Of a stretch of 64,000 nt of DNA, positions 1-8,883 are shown in pieces. The stretch lies in the sequence record NC_014260.1; one strand, given 5' to 3'. A program made the position numbers and the translations under genes. Positions within the stretch are counted from its first letter, which is position 1; each line of letters opens with the position of its first letter. This DNA is from Escherichia phage IME08. A model generated the notes under the pieces. That model worked only from the letters and a program-made list of their open reading frames with translations, was not told where the DNA came from and ran no database searches.

Positions 1-243
1 AACTTAAATTTCGGCAACGTAAGTGTTATGCAATTCCCACATATCATTGGAATTACTCTCAACGATAGGAATTATCTCATTAGAAATTTCTTCTGCATAA
101 GGGTCATTGATACAGTGAGCATCTTCAAAACGAACACCGTAATCAGACTTCTTATAAGCAAAGCCATAAATCTTTTTAAACTTGGCACGAGTAATGCGTA
201 CCGGTTCATTAGACTTATCGGACATCGGAGCGTAATACCACAT
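1..243 (-). CDS. hypothetical early protein, 3' end beyond window start
   Basis: ATG at 243 preceded by leader ...caaacatgaggagaacat; reading frame still open at position 1. Confidence 0.45.
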
Positions 244-270
244 ATGTTCTCCTCATGTTTGTGTAGGGTA

Positions 271-300
271 ATAGTAACACGTATTTTTAGAGTTGTACAT
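271..300 (-). promoter_or_regulatory. early-type promoter-like element, weak -35
   Basis: TACTATTA -10 as at 60625; leader about 90 percent identical to 60597..60660. Confidence 0.35.
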
Positions 301-616
301 CACTTCTGCAATATTCTAAAAATAATTTATCGTTGTCTACCGTATCCCAACGACGCCAAGATGGATTCCAGACCAGAGCGTTGTCACCACAATCATTGAG
401 CTTAAAATGGTCGTAGTACATAGCTATACGTCTAGTTTCGTCACCAGAGAACCCCAGTATAGGCTCGCCATGGGTGTGATACATATGATGGTGCATTGAG
501 AGGTCGCATTTGTAAAACATCTCACGTTTACCACGAACGAACAAGAAGGCTTGCCCATTCATATAGAATTCTTTATCTGTTTTCAAAAGATATTTGAATA
601 CTGAATCTTTATGCAT
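287..616 (-). CDS. hypothetical His-rich protein (HHHMYHTHGEP)
   Basis: ORF track 287..637; internal ATG at 616 has SD aggagga. Confidence 0.45.
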   Translation of the reverse strand: MHKDSVFKYLLKTDKEFYMNGQAFLFVRGKREMFYKCDLSMHHHMYHTHGEPILGFSGDETRRIAMYYDHFKLNDCGDNALVWNPSWRRWDTVDNDKLFLEYCRSDVQL

Positions 617-646
617 AAGTCCTCCTACCACATCCATGTGGTTAAA

Positions 647-874
647 TTATTTTCCTAACGAAACACGAGTAGGTTTTTTACCAAAATAGTCTTCGTAAGA
701 ACCATCTAAACGGCCTGCTTTAGACCGACAATACGAATCATACTTTTTGTAATAAGTCATCTCGGTATTATAACGTGGGTGTCTATCAGCCATAATAATA
801 CTTAGTGGCCAACCTTTGGCATAATCGCGAAGACCGTTTATTTTACGAATGTATCGTTTTTTCAATTTTAGCAT
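647..874 (-). CDS. hypothetical basic protein
   Basis: ORF track; ATG overlaps the Ser-Cys-stop codons of the upstream gene. Confidence 0.45.
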   Translation of the reverse strand: MLKLKKRYIRKINGLRDYAKGWPLSIIMADRHPRYNTEMTYYKKYDSYCRSKAGRLDGSYEDYFGKKPTRVSLGK

Positions 875-1092
875 GAGCTTGGGTACCAGATTTTACCATC
901 GGATCGAGCAACGAAGGTGCGACCAGCTTCTTCACCATAACAAGAGCTATTCAGCCAATCTTCGAGACGAACTTCACCGTCATAATCATCGAGCTCAACA
1001 CCAAAATCCTGAGCAGAAGCCATATCTTTTACTTTCTTATACAGTGCAGCCAGTTCAAGTGCCGCTTTTTCTAATTCATTAATATCAGTCAT
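868..1092 (-). CDS. small acidic protein, C-terminal WYPSSC; paralog family member
   Basis: ORF track 868..1221; start moved to internal ATG at 1092; shares C-terminal tail with 4 neighbours. Confidence 0.5.
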   Translation of the reverse strand: MTDINELEKAALELAALYKKVKDMASAQDFGVELDDYDGEVRLEDWLNSSCYGEEAGRTFVARSDGKIWYPSSC

Positions 1093-1102
1093 TTTTATCA
1101 CC

Positions 1103-1312
1103 TTAGCAAGACATAGAGGAGCTAAACCAGAAACCTTCACCTTCAGGAATACCGTAGTCATCACGGACCCATTCGTAATCATCATATTCCGGACTAGAAG
1201 CTGGAATATATTCTTCGCCACCAGCGTGGAAGTGCTGACCTGTTTCGTCAGCCACAGACTGGCCTTTACGTACTAATTCACGGATTTGTTTTTCAATTTC
1301 ATCAATAGTCAT
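1103..1312 (-). CDS. small acidic protein, C-terminal WFSSSMSC; paralog family member
   Basis: ORF track; conserved C-terminal tail; stop codon sits in SD of next gene. Confidence 0.55.
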   Translation of the reverse strand: MTIDEIEKQIRELVRKGQSVADETGQHFHAGGEEYIPASSPEYDDYEWVRDDYGIPEGEGFWFSSSMSC

Positions 1313-1321
1313 TTTATTTCC

Positions 1322-1519
1322 TTAGCATTCGTAAGAGGAGGACACCCAAGAGGTACCACTAATAGTAATACAACCGTTATAAAGCGTGATATGTCGTTCT
1401 AGGTCACGAACACCATCGATATAGATATCGGCTTCTTCGCGTTCTTCTTTACAAATCTGGATAACGTTTTCAATAGCTGCGGCTGCAGTACGGATTGCAC
1501 AATCTAATTCACGAGACAT
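1322..1519 (-). CDS. small acidic protein, C-terminal WVSSSYEC; paralog family member
   Basis: ORF track; conserved C-terminal tail. Confidence 0.55.
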   Translation of the reverse strand: MSRELDCAIRTAAAAIENVIQICKEEREEADIYIDGVRDLERHITLYNGCITISGTSWVSSSYEC

Positions 1520-1528
1520 AATAATTCC

Positions 1529-1810
1529 TTAACATTCAGAAGAAGAGGACACCCAACCACCATTTTCCAGGTCAGTTGTATAGTCATGAGTATTAACAAT
1601 AGCCCATTCAGGATGACCATCTTCTTCCCAGTGGGCCAGGTCAGCTTTCAGGGCGCCAGGAGAATAATAGTCACCGCCCATACCGCGAGCAGGGTATATA
1701 TTAAAATGAGTCTCATATTTGTCTGCAATTTCCTCAGCACGACGAATAGCTTCATGGATTTCTTTTACTGCGGCCAGAAGCTCCGGGTTGTTATGGTTAT
1801 CATTCATCAT
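1529..1810 (-). CDS. small acidic protein, C-terminal WVSSSSEC; paralog family member
   Basis: ORF track; conserved C-terminal tail; IADKY motif shared with 1820..2110. Confidence 0.55.
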   Translation of the reverse strand: MMNDNHNNPELLAAVKEIHEAIRRAEEIADKYETHFNIYPARGMGGDYYSPGALKADLAHWEEDGHPEWAIVNTHDYTTDLENGGWVSSSSEC

Positions 1811-1819
1811 AGCGTTTCC

Positions 1820-2110
1820 TTAGCACATTGCTGAAGAGGAGACCCAAGCACCAACTGTAACGACGCCGTTTTCAACTTCACCGCCGTTGTTTTCAATTTC
1901 ATCTTTAAACCACTGGGAGCATTCATAACCGACAGGATAATATGTACGGCCTGAACCATAATCACCGGTACCGAATTGGATACCATACTTATCGGCAATA
2001 GCTTCACATTCATGTTCGATGGTATTCACTTTATTCAGAAGAGCATAGATAGCCTTTTCTGCAGATTTCTCATCGTTGTGTTCTGGGATTTCGATTTCAA
2101 TTTTATTCAT
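1820..2110 (-). CDS. small acidic protein, C-terminal WVSSSAMC; paralog family member
   Basis: ORF track; C-terminal codons checked on DNA. Confidence 0.55.
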   Translation of the reverse strand: MNKIEIEIPEHNDEKSAEKAIYALLNKVNTIEHECEAIADKYGIQFGTGDYGSGRTYYPVGYECSQWFKDEIENNGGEVENGVVTVGAWVSSSAMC

Positions 2111-2460
2111 GATTTACATTCCTTAATAAAGATTTCAAGGTCATTACGTTTAGTTTGTTTTACATGCTCATTATAATTAGCCATCTCTAAAGCATATCTC
2201 TTACGGATGGGAGCATTCAAAGCGTTTGTATGGCAAATATCATACACAACAGGGATAAAATAAGCCACGACAGCCGGAGCGATTATCATATAAAAACCCA
2301 TCTCAATAGGCGTGACTCCTTCGATTGCCGCCATAACCGTGGTCATTACCAGACCAACCAAACCTCCTAGCATACCGGTGACAATTCCCATAAATAAGGA
2401 AATAGCAATATCATATTCAGCCAATTGATAAACATGTGATGAAAGACTAGGCCGTTCCAT
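2107..2460 (-). CDS. small membrane protein, 2 predicted TM helices
   Basis: ORF track 2107..2634; internal ATG at 2460 with SD aagagg; hydrophobic stretches GIVTGMLGGLVGLVMTTVMAAI and FYMIIAPAVVAYFIPVV. Confidence 0.5.
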   Translation of the reverse strand: MERPSLSSHVYQLAEYDIAISLFMGIVTGMLGGLVGLVMTTVMAAIEGVTPIEMGFYMIIAPAVVAYFIPVVYDICHTNALNAPIRKRYALEMANYNEHVKQTKRNDLEIFIKECKS

Positions 2461-2989
2461 TTTGAACCTCTTTAGCGTATTCGCGACATTCAGCAATAAA
2501 ACGATTAAGCTTCCGTTGTTGTTTTCGAATCTCTGATGTATACTCATTAGCCAAAATAATAAGCTCATCTTTATCGTAATTTTTAATATCCGAATAACTC
2601 GGGCGGCGGTCGACCATACCAAAGTGGTCACCATTTTCTAACATCAAATAGCATACTAAATGGTAATCATCGTCAGCATCAACAAGCTGTTTACAATCAC
2701 TTGGTTCATTTAAAGCGTATACTGAATAGCATAATCCAGCGAATTCCACTCGTTGAATACCCAGATTTACGTCAATAATTTCTAAAGCTTCTGCAAAAGA
2801 AAGGTCTTCAGCTAAAGCGAAGATAAAGGGCAATTTGGTAGTGTGTCCATGGCTACTTGTTCGACTTAAGAAATCATTGGAATAACCTAGGTCTTGGCGA
2901 ATTCTATAAAGAACTGCATTAGTTTCATGGGAAAGACCGCTATGTTTAAACCAATCAATATTTGATATCAGGTCATCATATAAACTCAT
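2447..2989 (-). CDS. hypothetical early protein
   Basis: ORF track; ATG at 2989 preceded by SD ggaggagag. Confidence 0.5.
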   Translation of the reverse strand: MSLYDDLISNIDWFKHSGLSHETNAVLYRIRQDLGYSNDFLSRTSSHGHTTKLPFIFALAEDLSFAEALEIIDVNLGIQRVEFAGLCYSVYALNEPSDCKQLVDADDDYHLVCYLMLENGDHFGMVDRRPSYSDIKNYDKDELIILANEYTSEIRKQQRKLNRFIAECREYAKEVQNGTA

Positions 2990-3012
2990 AATATTCTCCT
3001 CTCCTCCAAATA

Positions 3013-3030
3013 GGGAGACCGAAGTCTCCC
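3013..3030 (-). terminator. stem-loop GGGAGAC-UUCG-GUCUCCC
   Basis: Perfect 7-bp stem after 3038..3631; same hairpin at 40558. Confidence 0.5.
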
Positions 3031-3037
3031 GGTAACA

Positions 3038-3631
3038 TTACTTAAGTGAATTAATGTAGTCGTCGATATCAGCAGAAGTCGTATCCATTCCAACCTGTGG
3101 GCCTTTAAACGTTTCTACACGCAGCAGGGTATCTTCAATATCAATCTTAGTCAGTGCAGCGATTTCAACAACATCATCGGCAGTAGCAATACCAAGGGCA
3201 GCCATATTACGAGTTTCACGGATGTACTCGAGCTTAACAGCCAGTTCCTGACGAGAGTCATCAAGTTCCTTGACCTTCAGTTTAATTTCATTACGCATTT
3301 CGATATAATCATCGGCTTTCTTACGAAGCTGAGTAGCCGTACGACGATAAAGGAGGCCGAGTTTAGCATGTACCTGGACATCAGCGCCTTCGGCAATCAG
3401 TTTACGAATTTCACGTTCTTTAGAAGCAGCAAGCTGGTCTTTTTCATTAGCCAACGCACGAATACGTTTTTCTTCATTCACAGACTTAACATGAGCAGTC
3501 TGGAGTTCAGTGATTTTATCAATCAGGGTAGAAGCAGCTTTAGTATACTGGTCTTCGATTGACAGGTTCTGAGCCATTGCAGTACCCAGTTTAGAACGGA
3601 TGAATTCAACGATTTTCTTTAAAGTGTTCAT
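3038..3631 (-). CDS. coiled-coil protein
   Basis: ORF track; heptad-rich K/E/R sequence; GTTTAC-N18-TATAAT promoter upstream. Confidence 0.5.
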   Translation of the reverse strand: MNTLKKIVEFIRSKLGTAMAQNLSIEDQYTKAASTLIDKITELQTAHVKSVNEEKRIRALANEKDQLAASKEREIRKLIAEGADVQVHAKLGLLYRRTATQLRKKADDYIEMRNEIKLKVKELDDSRQELAVKLEYIRETRNMAALGIATADDVVEIAALTKIDIEDTLLRVETFKGPQVGMDTTSADIDDYINSLK

Positions 3632-3673
3632 AGTATTTCCTTCAGTTGGTTAAGATTTATAATCCATGAGGAC

Positions 3674-3703
3674 ATTATACCCTGTCCTCTGAGGGATGTA
3701 AAC
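3674..3703 (-). promoter_or_regulatory. early-type promoter GTTTAC-N18-TATAAT
   Basis: Read on minus strand upstream of 3038..3631. Confidence 0.6.
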
Positions 3704-3706
3704 ATT

Positions 3707-4105
3707 TTATTTCATTTTTGCGAGGCAGATTTCATTGGCTTCCCATTGAGCTTGCTTAATAATAGCTTTGGATACAGGAGCCCTTTGGCCATAAGTTTTT
3801 GACGTTGAGAGAACAATATATTTGTTTGTCTCATTATGCCAGCCCCATGATTTTTCGCCATGGGTACCTTTAACTACAGCTGACACCTCAACAGAGCAAC
3901 CACCATCAGAAATCTTGGTTTCGACAATCCATTCATTTCTTTCGGCGGCTTCAAGTTCTAATCTAGTTTTTTCTTCATACATGGCAGCCCAATCAGTTTT
4001 TGCCAAGTTGAAAGTGAGAGCTTTCTCTAATTCTTTGGCAGCTTTTTGTTGTTCAGGCGTTAATGAATTGTACAACTCTTGCATTTCTTTATCTTCGATA
4101 TTCAT
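3707..4105 (-). CDS. hypothetical early protein
   Basis: ORF track; early-type promoter upstream. Confidence 0.5.
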   Translation of the reverse strand: MNIEDKEMQELYNSLTPEQQKAAKELEKALTFNLAKTDWAAMYEEKTRLELEAAERNEWIVETKISDGGCSVEVSAVVKGTHGEKSWGWHNETNKYIVLSTSKTYGQRAPVSKAIIKQAQWEANEICLAKMK

Positions 4106-4130
4106 TATGTTCTCCTCAAATTATGGGCTC

Positions 4131-4160
4131 ATAATATCTTAATCATGAGCCCATGTAAAC
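4131..4160 (-). promoter_or_regulatory. early-type promoter GTTTAC-N18-TATTAT within palindrome atgggctcat/atgagcccat
   Basis: Upstream of 3707..4105. Confidence 0.5.
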
Positions 4161-4162
4161 AA

Positions 4163-4426
4163 TTATTTCATATTATTGAAATACTCTTCCGCATCAAAAT
4201 CGTTATCATGATAAACTTTGGTAGACAATTTAACATAACCTTCGGCGGCAAACATATTAACCACAACCTTTACAGTATACCACTGTCCGTCATCATTACC
4301 CATTACTGCGTAAGTTTCAAATATAGGATGGTCATCACCTATAACCTTAATATCGTTAACAGTAGCACCAAATTCTTCAGGAACGCATTTCATAAAGAAA
4401 TTAAACAATTCACCATAATTATCCAT
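4163..4426 (-). CDS. hypothetical early protein
   Basis: ORF track start 4441 is GTG; ATG at 4426 has SD aaggagag. Confidence 0.5.
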   Translation of the reverse strand: MDNYGELFNFFMKCVPEEFGATVNDIKVIGDDHPIFETYAVMGNDDGQWYTVKVVVNMFAAEGYVKLSTKVYHDNDFDAEEYFNNMK

Positions 4427-4461
4427 TTTACTCTCCTTCACTCTGTTGTTTTGATAGGTCT

Positions 4462-4490
4462 ATAGTATCATGTTTAAAGGAGGTGTAAAC
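4462..4490 (-). promoter_or_regulatory. early-type promoter GTTTAC-N17-TACTAT
   Basis: Upstream of 4163..4426. Confidence 0.5.
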
Positions 4491-4524
4491 AACTTTGTGA
4501 AATTATTTTTAGTCTAAACCCCCA

Positions 4525-4546
4525 AAAGGAGACCGAAGTCTCCTTT
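4525..4546 (-). terminator. rho-independent terminator (GGAGAC-UUCG-GUCUCC + U run)
   Basis: Directly after IPIII-like stop. Confidence 0.65.
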
Positions 4547-4548
4547 CA

Positions 4549-5166
4549 TTATTTACGGGTCTTTTCGAACTGGGCCGCGTCACCAGCCAGACGACGAGCT
4601 TGACGAAGTTTGTTGTCGATTTCTTCGCGCATAGGCTGGGTATACTTAAGGCCTTCAACCGTCAGATAGAGGCGATAAAGGTCTGGGGTGTCTAGGTTGT
4701 TAATGTGCTGTCCGTTACGAAGAGTATTGAATTCACGAACAAGGTGTTTAGTTTCGGATTCGATTTCAGAAACCAAAGAAGCCAGTTGATTATATTTTTT
4801 AACTATAGTGCTGGTGTCAAACTTGATTTTAGGTTTAGGAGCTTCTTTTACCGGTTCGGCTTTAGGCGTCGGTTTCGGCGCTGCAACTTTGGCCTGGGCT
4901 GCAGGTTTAGCAACAGGAGCTTTAGCTGGTTTAGCAGGCTTAGTAGCGCCGCCAGCTACGATATCTTTAAAAGCTTTAGAAGCTTTGTAATATTCTTTCT
5001 GGTTACTAGTATCAAAACCATACATATCATAAACGTTTTTAAAGAATTCGGTGGTGGTTTTAGTCCCAGAAATTTTATCATAAGCCGCTTGCCACATATC
5101 TTTAGTCATGCGGACGCCGGCTTCGGTCAGAACGCTTTCGTTCAAAAATTCATTGTAAGTTTTCAT
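4549..5166 (-). CDS. internal head protein, IPIII-like, with capsid targeting sequence [10 protein letters not shown]
   Basis: N-terminus matches T4 CTS MKTYQEFIAE; basic Ala/Lys/Pro-rich core; minus-strand TATAAATA upstream. Confidence 0.7.
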   Translation of the reverse strand: MKTYNEFLNESVLTEAGVRMTKDMWQAAYDKISGTKTTTEFFKNVYDMYGFDTSNQKEYYKASKAFKDIVAGGATKPAKPAKAPVAKPAAQAKVAAPKPTPKAEPVKEAPKPKIKFDTSTIVKKYNQLASLVSEIESETKHLVREFNTLRNGQHINNLDTPDLYRLYLTVEGLKYTQPMREEIDNKLRQARRLAGDAAQFEKTRK

Positions 5167-5194
5167 TATTGTTTCCTGTGTTAATTAACTTATC

Positions 5195-5202
5195 TATTTA
5201 TA
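5195..5202 (-). promoter_or_regulatory. late promoter TATAAATA
   Basis: Exact octamer about 29 nt upstream of IPIII-like start. Confidence 0.6.
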
Positions 5203-5203
5203 C

Positions 5204-5234
5204 AAAAAAGGCCCAACCTTTCGGAAGGGCCTTT
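5204..5234 (-). terminator. rho-independent terminator after tRNA cluster
   Basis: ggccc...gggcc stem flanked by A6 and T3; same 25-nt sequence at 51611. Confidence 0.7.
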
Positions 5235-5400
5235 AACCTAGGGTAACCTTGTCGGGGTTCCACCTGCTAGGCAAGTGTTCGGTGCGCCGTTTCGGCTGTG
5301 AGATAAGGGACTTTAAGAGGAACTCATGTACGCCTTAAAGTCGGGTCTTATTCAGGGAACTTCAGTCCGACGACTTACCGGTAGCGACCCGGTTTCTTGT
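5232..5400 (-). ncRNA. candidate structured stable RNA next to tRNA cluster
   Basis: No ORF; nested stems (cgggtc...gacccg; ccgg...ccgg); sits between tRNAs and the strong terminator, where T4 has small stable RNAs. Confidence 0.3.
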
Positions 5401-5401
5401 T

Positions 5402-5477
5402 TGGCCGAGACAGTAGGGATCGAACCTACGACCCAGGACTTAGAAGGTCCTTGCTCTTCCTTCTGAGCTATGCCTCG
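5402..5477 (-). tRNA. tRNA-Arg (anticodon UCU)
   Basis: Hand-folded cloverleaf: 7-bp acceptor, 4-bp D stem, 5-bp anticodon stem, loop CTTCTAA, T loop TTCGATC, encoded CCA. Confidence 0.8.
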
Positions 5478-5481
5478 TATT

Positions 5482-5556
5482 TGGCGGACATGCATGGATT
5501 CGAACCATGGACCAATTGATTAACAGTCAACTGCTCTACCACTGAGCTACACATCC
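5482..5556 (-). tRNA. tRNA-Asn (anticodon GUU)
   Basis: Hand-folded cloverleaf: acceptor GGATGTG/CATGTCC, loop CTGTTAA, T loop TTCGAAT, encoded CCA. Confidence 0.8.
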
Positions 5557-5560
5557 AAAT

Positions 5561-5634
5561 TGGTGGCCCTGGGTGGAATCGAACCACCATCCAGCGATTA
5601 TGAGTCGCTCGCTTGACCGTCCAGCTACAGGGCC
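5561..5634 (-). tRNA. tRNA-Met (anticodon CAU; could be Ile2 if lysidinylated)
   Basis: Hand-folded cloverleaf: acceptor GGCCCTG/CAGGGCC, anticodon loop CTCATAA, T loop TTCGATT, encoded CCA. Confidence 0.75.
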
Positions 5635-5719
5635 TTAATTCTATTATGAAAGGCTCTTTGAGGGAAGAACCTTTGGTAATAGAGGGTATTAATGATAGAG
5701 TAATAATATCACATAATTC

Positions 5720-6004
5720 TTAAAGCATATTAATGTAATCAAGTTTAATAGAAGCAATCTTCAAAGGATTTTTAAAGATGTCGTATTCGACCAATCCATT
5801 TTCAGTTGCGGTATAAAAAGTAAAGTTAACAGAATTATAACGATGGCTGTTAACTTTGAGCTTAACATCGCTTGAACTACGTCCTATATTAACCTGTTGA
5901 ACATCAAGAACAGCATCTTTGCCATAATTGCGAATCAACAACTCAGCTGCAACCTGATCGGATTTATAGCCATTCTCTGGATTAGTAACCTTAACGTATA
6001 GCAT
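5720..6004 (-). CDS. hypothetical early protein
   Basis: ORF track. Confidence 0.5.
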   Translation of the reverse strand: MLYVKVTNPENGYKSDQVAAELLIRNYGKDAVLDVQQVNIGRSSSDVKLKVNSHRYNSVNFTFYTATENGLVEYDIFKNPLKIASIKLDYINML

Positions 6005-6406
6005 TTAACCCTCGTCTACAATTGTGTGGGTATTGGCATTAACAATCTGCCACCAGTCAAAACGATTAGAACCGTAACAAGGCTTATTCTCGTTATCTTT
6101 AATGATATTACGTAGTTCATCTTCAGTAGCAGCTTTTGCGATTAAGTCAGTGTATCCACCACGTGGATAATAGTTGTCACCGGCGAACAAAAGGAAATTT
6201 ACCTTTCCAGAAGGAATATATGCTTCCTTAGGATACTTGTTTCCTGCATGGTCTACCACTTCAATATAACGATAAGGGATATCAGTACTTTCAACCCATT
6301 GCCAAGCTGCAGCAGGAGAGTCAAAAGCATCAACACCTAAACGGTTATCTTCATCTTTAGACGGGTTATTTTCATAATCCGCATATACATAATATTCAAC
6401 GTTCAT
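6005..6406 (-). CDS. hypothetical early protein
   Basis: ORF track; directly follows upstream gene. Confidence 0.5.
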   Translation of the reverse strand: MNVEYYVYADYENNPSKDEDNRLGVDAFDSPAAAWQWVESTDIPYRYIEVVDHAGNKYPKEAYIPSGKVNFLLFAGDNYYPRGGYTDLIAKAATEDELRNIIKDNENKPCYGSNRFDWWQIVNANTHTIVDEG

Positions 6407-6591
6407 TATTCACCTTTAGAGATTTTATCCATTACGAAAGAGATTGAACCAATTAAAAATGCCACTACTAAAGAGATTATATTCTCGGAAGTTGAAAGCA
6501 TATCGAGCATGAATCCTGCAAACATACTAAAGCCAAAAGCAGTAACGGCTGCCAGTGCAGTAACATTTCTAATTAATTCACAACGTTTCAT
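6406..6591 (-). CDS. small membrane protein, 2 predicted TM helices
   Basis: ORF track start 6603 is TTG; ATG at 6591 with SD ggag; hydrophobic segments. Confidence 0.5.
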   Translation of the reverse strand: MKRCELIRNVTALAAVTAFGFSMFAGFMLDMLSTSENIISLVVAFLIGSISFVMDKISKGE

Positions 6592-6627
6592 TTTATTCTC
6601 CAATCACTCATTTGTTTTGATAGGGCT

Positions 6628-6657
6628 ATAGTACCATCACTAGAGCCCGTTGTAAAC
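6628..6657 (-). promoter_or_regulatory. early-type promoter GTTTAC-N18-TACTAT with palindrome
   Basis: Upstream of 6406..6591. Confidence 0.5.
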
Positions 6658-6659
6658 AA

Positions 6660-6932
6660 TTATTTTAAATAAATTGCATACTTTTTATAACCAGCCGTTT
6701 CGTGACGCAGCCCTTTTTCATTAGCAAAACGTTCAATATTGTTAATTTGATTCTGGTCGAGTTCTGAAGTATCAAATACAAAAAAGTTTCGCTTATTGCC
6801 TAAAGTTACATGATTAGTCAAATCGATGTTATAGAGATGATTTATATTATCAATCATAGTCTTAACAGATTTGTTAATTTTTACTTCTTCATTAAGAATA
6901 GATTCAGCGATAAATTCTTGATATGTTTTCAT
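6660..6932 (-). CDS. internal protein candidate with CTS MKTYQEFIAE
   Basis: N-terminal 10 aa identical to T4 internal-protein CTS; position matches T4 ipI locus next to 57B. Confidence 0.65.
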   Translation of the reverse strand: MKTYQEFIAESILNEEVKINKSVKTMIDNINHLYNIDLTNHVTLGNKRNFFVFDTSELDQNQINNIERFANEKGLRHETAGYKKYAIYLK

Positions 6933-6934
6933 TT

Positions 6935-7159
6935 TTATTCAGCGCCAGCGGCTTTCAAAAGTTTTTTAAGATTAGCGGTGCCTTGAGCAGAAAATGTGAC
7001 CTTGCCGTCTTTTTCGCCGATGCTCCCGGTCAATTTAGCGAGCTTATCACTAGGGACTTTTTTAAAATCAGCCAATGAACCGTCAAAGGTTTTTGTAACA
7101 ACCGGCAGTTGGTCTTCGTGTTTTTTAGCTTCGGTAATAAATTCTTGATAAGTTTTCAT
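6935..7159 (-). CDS. internal protein candidate with CTS MKTYQEFITE
   Basis: CTS-like N-terminus; early-type promoter upstream. Confidence 0.65.
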   Translation of the reverse strand: MKTYQEFITEAKKHEDQLPVVTKTFDGSLADFKKVPSDKLAKLTGSIGEKDGKVTFSAQGTANLKKLLKAAGAE

Positions 7160-7196
7160 TTTGATTTCCGTTTGGTTAGTTTGTTTTGATAGGTCT

Positions 7197-7225
7197 ATAG
7201 TATCATGCCTATAGACCTTGTAAAC
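7197..7225 (-). promoter_or_regulatory. early-type promoter GTTTAC-N17-TACTAT with 9-bp palindrome ggtctatag/ctatagacc
   Basis: Upstream of 6935..7159. Confidence 0.5.
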
Positions 7226-7237
7226 ACCTTTTTTAAA

Positions 7238-8121
<884 letters not shown>

Positions 8122-8129
<8 letters not shown>

Positions 8130-8883
8130 TTTTATTTCCTAATAATTTATCAATAGTAGTGTATAGTTCAGAAAGAGTGCCGTTATTTTCAACAACAACG
8201 TCACCAGGTAAAATTGGCAGACCCGCTTCAGTGATGTGCGAGTCTTGTACTTGACCGGTTTCAGAGCGAACTACATGAATAATCGTAGCACCCATCGCTC
8301 TGAGCGAATCAATTTCATGTGTTTGACGAACATCAGGTACGACATAGTATTTCGCATCAGAGTATATTTTATCAAAATAGTCTAAAGCGAACAACTTAAC
8401 CCAATACATCTTATCAAATTGGTTAACAATAATATCAGTCCCAAGGGTCTGCATGAGACGACGTACTGACCAATTGTTATTTTTATTTATTACTTCAAAC
8501 AGTTGGTCTTTTGTTTCTTCAGACAGATACTGGACTGGGGTAAGACCATAATGATATGCGGTACGAACATCAATTCCTGGAATAGGAAGGATATTATTCA
8601 GTTTGACAATAGCATTTTCAAAGATATCAATAACATCATATGGTTTTAAAGGAATGATTTCTTCACGGTCGTAACCGATACCTTCAAAACAGTTAAAATC
8701 GAGTTTAGGCATATAACTACGGTCGAATACAGGGTCATCAGAGATGTATTCATAGGCTTCAGCCAGATACTTTTTAATAGGACCCGCGAGCTGAAATTTT
8801 ACCGAATCCATATTTTCGATTACATAGTTAGCAACGGTATCCTTACCGCTACGTTTGATTCCTACAATTGATATTAGTTTCAT
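8122..8883 (-). CDS. 1: gp1 deoxynucleoside monophosphate kinase
   Basis: P-loop KRSGKDT; VRRLMQ.LGTD, MYWVKLFALDY and ATIIHVVR motifs match T4 gp1. Confidence 0.9.

Noticed and set aside
4705-5184. 159-aa plus-strand ORF antisense to the IPIII-like gene
   Set aside because: F/R-rich low-complexity product of the Ala/Lys/Pro codon run on the opposite strand.
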